DNA from: the human T2T-CHM13v2.0 reference genome, Homo sapiens
Length of the DNA stretch: 64,000 nt
Reading direction: 5' to 3' (one strand)
Assembly: GCF_009914755.1 (NCBI RefSeq)
Contig: NC_060933.1
Position numbers and translations under genes: made by a program. Numbering within the stretch: position 1 is the stretch's first letter; every line of letters starts with the position of its first letter. Positions 55,961 through 64,000 of this stretch are shown here, in pieces. The notes below the pieces were generated by a model that ran no database searches, was not told the DNA's origin, and worked only from the letters and a program-made list of their open reading frames with translations.

Positions 55961-57366
55961 GAAAACAGGGCAGGGGCAGGAGAGTGGGAGTGAGTGTGTG
56001 TGCCTGGGAAGGCAAAGCCTGGAAGAACATGCTCCAGCATGACCAATCCACTCCTGTAGAGGCCTTCAGCCCCTCTCCTGGTGGCACCCTGAGAGAAGGA
56101 TGAAGTTCCCATCCACACCAGCCCCTCTCACCCTCCAGACAGGAGCCGGCTGGGGCAGCAATCGCAGCTGCCCTGTTTTCTCATGAAGGAGGCACCATCT
56201 CCGGCTGCTCACCCTGCCCAAGGGTCCTGCTTCTCCCACCGCCCTGCCTTCTAACAGCCACCCCCTGAGCCACCTGTGCACATTGCTCATGAGCTCTGGG
56301 TCCAGGAAGGAGGGATAGAGGAAAGCCTTCCTCCCTAAGGCTTCCTGCCATGGCCTCCTTCTTGTGGCTGGGCCTTCCTGCAAAGCTTCCTTCTGTCACT
56401 CACACGCATTTCCTCAGGTTTACTCGGTGCCCCTCATCTTCCCATCTTCTCACTCCCAGGACAATTTCCTGTCTGTCTGTTCCTTACAGGCAGCCGTGCG
56501 CTGTTGGGTAGAGGGGTGAGCCAGTGAGGCATCCTGATGTCACCTATGTGCTGGCTCTCTTTAACATGCTGGGCAAGTCCTTTCACTTCCTTCTGTTCCA
56601 CTCAGCTGGGAGGCTGGATGGCTGAGCAACACTCCCGACAGACCAGAAATAACATCATCTCCAAGCAGAACCTTCCTGGACTAATATATTTTACCAAAAA
56701 GAGAGATCTTTAATTACCAGTAAAAACATCTTGTGTCAATCACTGATGTGAAGGAGCTGCCTCATGAAAAGCTGAACTCATTCTTTAGGGAGAAGAAAAA
56801 TCACCAGAAAGAAATGAGAGTGTGTCAGAGGCAGCAAGAAGAGCTCTTAGGAAGCCAAGTTGAGACAGAGAGTGCATGAGTGAAGAAGAGGCAATGTCAT
56901 CATGGGCAGAAAATAAAGGGAAGACAGGAGATGCAAGTAAACATGAAACACAGAAGTTAACACAGGAGCTGAAGAGAAAAGCTGAAAGAAAATTGAGGAA
57001 TAAATGTGTAACCATTCCTTTCCTTCAGCAATTGGAATACGTGACGTGCAGAGCAAACCAGGCTCAGACTAGCTGCTCCCAGCCGTGGCATTCACAGAAG
57101 AGGACTTCCTGGTTGGGCTCATCTATTCAGTAGTTCAATATCAGTCCCAAAGGAATCTGTTAAGGTAAATGATGACAACTGCAAAAGAGTGAATATAGCA
57201 CGCTACCATTTGTGTTCTTCCATACGTAGACACGGACACCCATGCACACATGCACATGTGTCTGTGTGGATGCAGGTCATATCTGGTTGGAGAGCAAGGT
57301 GACTGATGGAGGCTGGTTGGAGACAGCAGTAGGAAGGTAACTGACTGTTTACTGTATGCCCTTTTA

Positions 57367-57841
<475 letters not shown>

Positions 57842-59868
57842 TTATCCAAAACCCTACATCCCCCATAGTACCTCCAAATCACAGCAGAATGAGGCACGAG
57901 ATGAGAAAGTGCGATACCACAAATGGATCAATTCCAGCTCCCTTCCCTTTGATCCTCCTGAGGGCAAATCCTGACTTGAGGAGGTATGATATAAAATAAA
58001 ATGATCCACTCAAATGTGAATTTACCCAGGGTTTGTCATAGGGAGTAATAAATCACTGACTCTCTACCAAAGTATCTGCAGGATTCTGTCCCACTGTGAC
58101 TATTTTTTTCCAACATACCTAATTGTGGCTTCTTCAGGTCTCAAGCATCATAAAAGTCAAATGCCCTAAATCCTGCATTTCTATAACCATTTGCATGGCC
58201 CGTGGTCCAGATGGTGGTGATGTGACTCCTTGCTTCTCTGAATCCATCCCCCCACATCTCTGTTTCTTGCTAAAAGCTTCAGGCCTACTTCAAAATTAGC
58301 ACTTTCTTCTCCTTCCCTCTAAGCATGGACAGTGAATGAAGAATTGTGCAGCAGTGAAAACTCTCCTCAGTAGATCAATTCAAGCTACGGGAGAAAGTAA
58401 ATAAGACTTTTGCCTCTATGCTCACCTGAGTGGCTTTTTACTCATTCGGGACAGTAAACAAAACAGCCGCACAAAAGGCAGGCAATGCGCAGAGCTGAGA
58501 AGACAGGCCCTCCCCAGATGAAAATCTCTAACTGCAGAAAACAGGCTTTATAGTTCGAGCTTCTCACAGGGTGTGAGAAAGCCCATGGAGGGCTCAGCCT
58601 GGCCCTGGGTTTCTTCCCCACCATCACTATTTTGGTAAGCAGTAATTCACACCATTTTCTGGAAGGCTTTTTGCTTGGCTGCAGGGTGGGAGAGACGGCC
58701 CCAGGATGTTCCCGCCAGGATGTGCCCCTGGGAGCTCAGTTCCCCGAGTTGCCCTGCGCTCCCTCAGTGGGGTGCCCCAAACAACACAACATTTTATTCC
58801 TGGGAAATTTGCAGCTCTTTCTCTGGAGGAACTTGGCTACTTTCCGTCCTTGAAGATTCTTTTTCTTCAAGCACATGTTCAAGACACCAGAGTTGCTTCA
58901 CTTAAGCAATGGTAATTTACCCTAAACCCTAAGTAAGGAAAGCTATGCGGCCAGCAGGAGCCACAGATGTGAAATGGTCCCATGGTGTCATCTAATTTAG
59001 GAATGCCAGCCCCCAGGGAAGAGTCCTCTAAGTGAGGAGAGTTGTGCAGAAAAGAAAGGCCATTGTTACAACAGTTTTCTTCCCGCCTCAGATACCGATT
59101 CTCAGATGACAGCATCGGCAATTAGAGACGGACAGATTCCTGCCACCTACCTGATATTGGTCCCTTGTTGGCCGGCTGTGTGTAGGCCACCTCCCTAGTT
59201 CAGGCCCTTTTTAAAGTGTCACCTGGCTTCTTGCATCACCTTTGTAGCTGGTCCACTTGCCTTAGCATTTCTTCATGCTGACATGGCCAGCTAATGTAGA
59301 GGAGAGCTTCAACTAGTCCACGCCTGACATACAGGCTTCCCACAAAGCCCAGCTGCCAAAACCTTTCCTGGTACTCAACTTCCAGTTGCCCCTTCTGGAG
59401 TCATGGCTACATCTCCTTCGAGGTACAGATTTTTGAGCTAAATTACCAAAAAGAGTCAGTCAGTGATGACCTGAGCAAGTGTGTTCCAGGCAGTGCAGAA
59501 GGCCCGTGCAAAGACCCTGAGCCCAAAGAAGTTCTGTCAAGATCAGACAACTTGCAGAGGCCAGCGCTGCTGCAGGGTCATAAAGAAAGGATCATAGCGG
59601 CTTAATATGGGCCAGGAATGAGAGTCAGGACCAGCCCATGCTGCCAAAAGAAGAGTGTGGCTCTCTAGTCATGGAGGGTGTCATGCCTGACCATGGCCTA
59701 GTTTCTGTTGGAAGACCCCATTGAGACCCCAGGAGAATGAATGGGGGTGAGGAGGACAAGAGGGAAAGTGACAGCTCATCTAACAGTCCAGGGGTGAAAT
59801 GATGGAGGCTTGCAGAGGACCAGTGACCATGAAACCAAAGAGAAATAAACAGACTCAAGATATACAAC

Positions 59869-60162
59869 AGACTGGGTGCAGTGGCTCATGCCTATAATCC
59901 CAGCACTTTGGGAGGCTGAGGTGGGCAGATCACCTGAGGTCAGGAGTTTGAGACGTGCCTGGCCAACATAGTGAAACCCCATCTCTAGTAAAAATACAAA
60001 AATTAGCTGGGCGTGTGGCAGGCGCCTATAATCCTAGCTACTCGGGAGGCTGAGGCAGAAGAATCGCTTGAACCAAGGAGGCAGAGGTGCAGTGAGCCAA
60101 GATCATGTCATTGCACTCCAGCAGGGGCGACAAGAGCAAGACTCCATTTCAAAAAAAAAAAA
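59869..60162 (+). mobile_element. AluS
   Basis: Full dimer; TSD AAGATA..CAACA. Confidence 0.96.
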
Positions 60163-60285
60163 AGATACGCAACAAAGGCAGATTACAAAAACTGCTGGTG
60201 GATCTGATGGGAGAGGAGTAGGGTGGATTGAGGAGAATGAGAAGGGAGAAATCTACCAGGTGTCTAACTGGAGCAACTGGGAGGG

Positions 60286-60700
60286 TGCTATGGTTTGAAC
60301 GTCCCCTCCAAAACCCATCTGGAAACTTAATCCCCAACACAGCAGTAGTGAGAGGTAGGGTGTTTAAGAGGCTCTGCCCTCATGAATGAATTAGTCCATT
60401 CATGGATTAATGGATTACCAGGTTAATGGATTAATGGGTTATGACGGCACCGGGACTGGTGACTTTATGGTCCACCATAAGAGGAAGAGAGGCCTGAGCT
60501 GGCGCACTCAGCCCTTGCACCACAGGATGCCCTGCGCCACTGGGACTCTGCAGAGTTTCCACCAGCAAGAAGGCCCTCACCGGATGCAGCCCCTCAATCT
60601 TGGACCTCTCACCCTCCATCACTGTAGGAAATAAATCCCTTTCTTTATAAATTACCCAGTTTCAAGTATTCTGTTACAAGACTAGAAACTGATTAAGACT
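60286..60700 (+). mobile_element. MST-family solo LTR (MSTB/MSTC-like)
   Basis: TGCTATGGTTTGAA.GTCCCCTCCAAAA...AATGGATTAATGGGTTAT...AAATAAAT...TTTCTTTATAAATTACCCAGT.TCA.GTATTCTGTTA. Confidence 0.88.
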
Positions 60701-62199
60701 GAGAGGGTGGCAACTTTGAGATTGTGAACACTGTTGGAGAAGCAAATATCAGAGTTAAACATCTTGAGCTTGGTTTGGATGTGAAAAGTTTGAGATGGTG
60801 CTGAGATACCCAGATGGAGATGTCAGAAGGCAGCTGGCTGTAGGAGAGTGGAGCTAGAGCTCTGGAGAAAGACCCGGGTTAGAAATAGAAACCTGGACCC
60901 ACCGGTGTGTGGATGGTCTTGCAAAACACGGCAACGGTGAGGGCAGTCGGTGGCCCAGACACTCAGACCTTAGCAGATGTCCTGCCTGCAGCAAGCTCGC
61001 TGCTTACCTGCCCCACGAGGCCACATCTCCACGCCACATGGACTCAGAAAGATCTCCTATCTCCTGCCAATCATTGAGATTTTACAAGTTATCTTTTCCA
61101 ACTTGATCTAAGGGATGTGAAAAGAGATTTGTTTGGAAAGTCAAAGGATAGGAAAAGCCTAGTGACAATGGGAAGAACCTGATCTTACAAGCACAAAATG
61201 GTTCCCAGTTGCTGCAGCGGTTTCCAAACCCCTCTGCCCACACAGGAGCCAACTGCCTGCTGGTGGCCGCTCAGCCGAGGCCAGCAGCTCCAGTCAGGGG
61301 GAAAGCGAGCATCTATCTAACAGCATCTGATATCAGCGCCCCAACTTCCTGCCCCTCCTCCGAAAAATCCCTCCACACACACCCGCCCCCCAGCCTCAGA
61401 AAGCCTCTGTATTACCATCACCAGCCCTGCGAGGAGGGGGCCTGGCCGAGGATGTGCTGAAAGCCACAGAGTGAGATTGATGTGGGGAGCGGCCGCCCCG
61501 GGCATGTGTTCGCCATCTGTCAGGCGGAGGGATCCCTGCCAGCCCTACATGGTTATTCAGTATTAAAAGAATATTCTTTAGTTTGACTGACACCCTACTC
61601 TGGGCAGCCTCAGCCAAGACAGTTGGGCTCTGGGATCCAGATGGGATGGAGGGGCCTCTGCTCTCCTGAGGGAGATGCCTCCGGAGGGCTGGGCCACCCA
61701 GGGTACTAGGGGGGAAGGGGCTCTCCAGGGCCCGGGAGGAGAGTGTGGCTTGGCCAGGGCTAGGCAGGCCTGGGCCTGAGCCGGGGCTTTTATGTGTGGC
61801 TCAGTTTCAAAGGCAAGGGCGGGACTGAAAGAAAATGTTCCTCACACATTATCCGTGCATCGTAGGGTCCTTTGGAGAACAGGAATACCAGGCTTGTGGG
61901 GTGCCTCCTGCAATGGAATACCCAACGTTAGGCTTTTTCCTGGAAACGTGTATATACAGATAAACCTTGCTTATTAATTTCAGGCCAGACACCAAGAATA
62001 GACAGAGGGCCCCTTTTCAGTGCTAGCCCTGTTGCCTTCCCCAAATATCCAGGTTTCCCTCCCGGAAGCCACTCTCCTCCAGGAGGGATCTTGTGGATGT
62101 GGCCCCTTCCCACTGAACTGAGGCACAGCCAAGTGACTCCCTTGGGCAATGGAACGCAGGCTGAAGTGGCATGTCCACCTCTGGGTGGAAACACTCAAA

Positions 62200-62425
62200 A
62201 CAGTGTATAGTGGACCTTGTCTCTCTTCCTCTGTCACACCAGCAAGTTGCAGAGAGAGGACATTCCTTAAGCCTGGGTCCCAGGGCACAGCTAACATGGA
62301 GCAGAGTGGCAGCCAACCAGTAATGAACCCATGATGTGACTGAGACATGAGCCTTTCTTTTTAAACTGCTGGTATCTGGGATCTGATTGTTGTTGCAGCA
62401 AAACCCAGCTTATCCTGACTGATAC
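62200..62425 (+). mobile_element. Old MLT1 LTR 3' portion
   Basis: Terminal TTGTT..TGCAGCA.AACC.AGC.TATCCTGACTGATACA; 5' boundary uncertain. Confidence 0.55.
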
Positions 62426-62809
62426 ACTCGTATGCTTGCCAGCTCACATCACCTGCTGTCTTTATACGCACTGTGTGGTTTCAGAAGTTTCAAATGCAAC
62501 AAGAACATTTAAAGGTAAAACTGAGGGCAGATAGTTAATTAAAATGTACTGCCACATTAAGTTTTCACAACTAAGAACAGTACCAGGCCTGGGATTCCAG
62601 GAAGATTGCTTAAGATGCATTGTGTTTGTGGTGGAAATAAAAGCTGGGTACCCAGACCAAAAACTCCCCAACCAGTGATGCCAAGGCAGAGGGTCTAAGA
62701 GTTGGAGATTCAGAGCAAGGTGCTGGGGGCACACAGAACATGTTTGCAGGCCATTAAAACAGCTCTCTTCTCTGCACACATGTGAGCTCTTTTCTTGTCT
62801 TTCTTTCTC

Positions 62810-63108
62810 TCTCTTTTTTTTTTTTAATGGATGCAAGCCGTCACGCAGTCACCCAGGCTGGGGTACAGTGGCATAATCATAGCTCACTGCAGCCTGACCT
62901 CCTGGGCTCAAGTGATCCTCCCTCGTCAACCTTCTGAGTAGCTGGGACTATAGGCAGGCGCCACCACACCCATCTAATTTTTTAAATTTTTGTGGAGTTG
63001 GGGTCTTGCTATGTTGCCCAGGCTGGTCTCAAACTCCAGGGCTCAAGTGATCCTTCCACCTCGGCCTCCCAAAGTGCTAGGACTATGCTTAAGCCACCGC
63101 ACCCAGCC
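62810..63108 (-). mobile_element. AluJ
   Basis: Antisense dimer with ATCATAGCTCACTGCAGCCT.ACCTCCTGGGCTCAAGTGATCCTCC. Confidence 0.93.
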
Positions 63109-64000
63109 ATGGGTTTCTTTTTGTTATTGGGCTGCATCTCCAACACTTTCATCTTGGTGTTTGATCTAATCTCTCTGGAGACGGATGGATAAAAGTCAAA
63201 CTTTAACAGTAGTGCCCGTTTTGGTTCATGAAGACAAAATAATTCTGCTCCTCTGAATCCATTCCAAGCATAGCCTTGAGTCCTTACACTGTGAGAACTA
63301 CTTGCAAGCTCCCAGAGCGCTGCTGAGAACATGGAGATTTGCCTGTGGCTGAGATGGTTCCCTTTCGGTTACCAGGACATTTCCAGTTTGGCTGCTAAAA
63401 GCCAAACATCTTTCTTGTGAGCCATTCCCCTGAGATGCCCAAGTCAGCTCTCAAACCCAAATCTCACATTTTCCATTGTGTTTGTCAGCTACGCAAAGAG
63501 TGGGCTTACCCCCAGCTGCAAGTGGCTCTGAGAAACCTGCATCTGATTTAGCGTTCCGCTAACAACTCAGCACTCCCAACAGGTTGTGGTCATATGAAGT
63601 AGGGTCACAGTACTGCTTACATGCACTCACATAGCTATGTGTGTCAAACAGCGAACACTCCTTCTGCCACGAGGAGGGTCTGTCACAGTTTCAGTGCCAG
63701 CCCCGGAGGCCTGGGCTGCCTCGCCGCCTCCTGAGGGCACTCTGGCTGGAGCGAGGAGGGGCTGTATGGATGCCAAGCGGCTGTTGAATAAGGAGATGTT
63801 TGCCTTGCTAGACCTCCCCATCCCATCTTTTCCTTAGACATATACCCAGATGTACCCACATGCACCCACACACATCCACAGGCATCCACACACACCCACA
63901 TGCATCTATACACACCCTCACACCCACACACACCCTTTGCCTCCTCCATTCAGAACTGCCCGTGGTCTTGCCTTTTTTCCACGAATAAGCTTCAATTTCA

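Noticed and set aside
56785-57010. Purine-rich, coiled-coil-looking segment after an AG acceptor (ORF 56876-57133)
   Set aside because: Stops in adjacent frames and no recognisable protein. It might be an ancient LINE remnant, but I cannot support a call.
61240-61790. GC-rich segment as a gene promoter/CpG island
   Set aside because: CpGs are sparse apart from a short patch near 61490, and there is no linked exon. It may be regulatory but this is unsupported.

Overview
Primate (human-like) intergenic DNA with no intact protein-coding gene that I can support. Nearly all entries in the ORF track are Alu, low-complexity or random-frame artefacts. (1) 3333-5333 is a young, full-length L1-mediated processed pseudogene of EIF4B. 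It has a TSD, the 5' TOP tract, a poly(A) tail and three lesions (ATG>ACG, W40*, one 1-bp frameshift). It records a 15-nt-longer splice isoform and a proximal poly(A) site. From memory it is probably EIF4BP3; this is unverified. (2) About 5740-8254 (+) holds a heavily decayed, apparently near-complete Ac/ZBED-type hAT transposase. It is readable only by hand-translating across frameshifts and across the nested MER44 and MER20 insertions, with MER30 abutting its 5' end. This is the most interesting signal in the window. (3) The rest is a typical repeat landscape: about 20 Alus, MIR, L2, old L1, MaLR LTRs, DNA-transposon MITEs, a long TG tract and a long GA tract. It also contains local duplications (7261-7421/11605-11762 and 31498-31682/32469-32653), a 75-bp tandem array, a close inverted Alu pair, a TTAGGG-like tract and a few CpG-rich candidate regulatory elements. 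Repeat family names come from recalled consensus sequences and boundaries are approximate. I see no evidence for a new functional system; the hAT fossil is the best lead.
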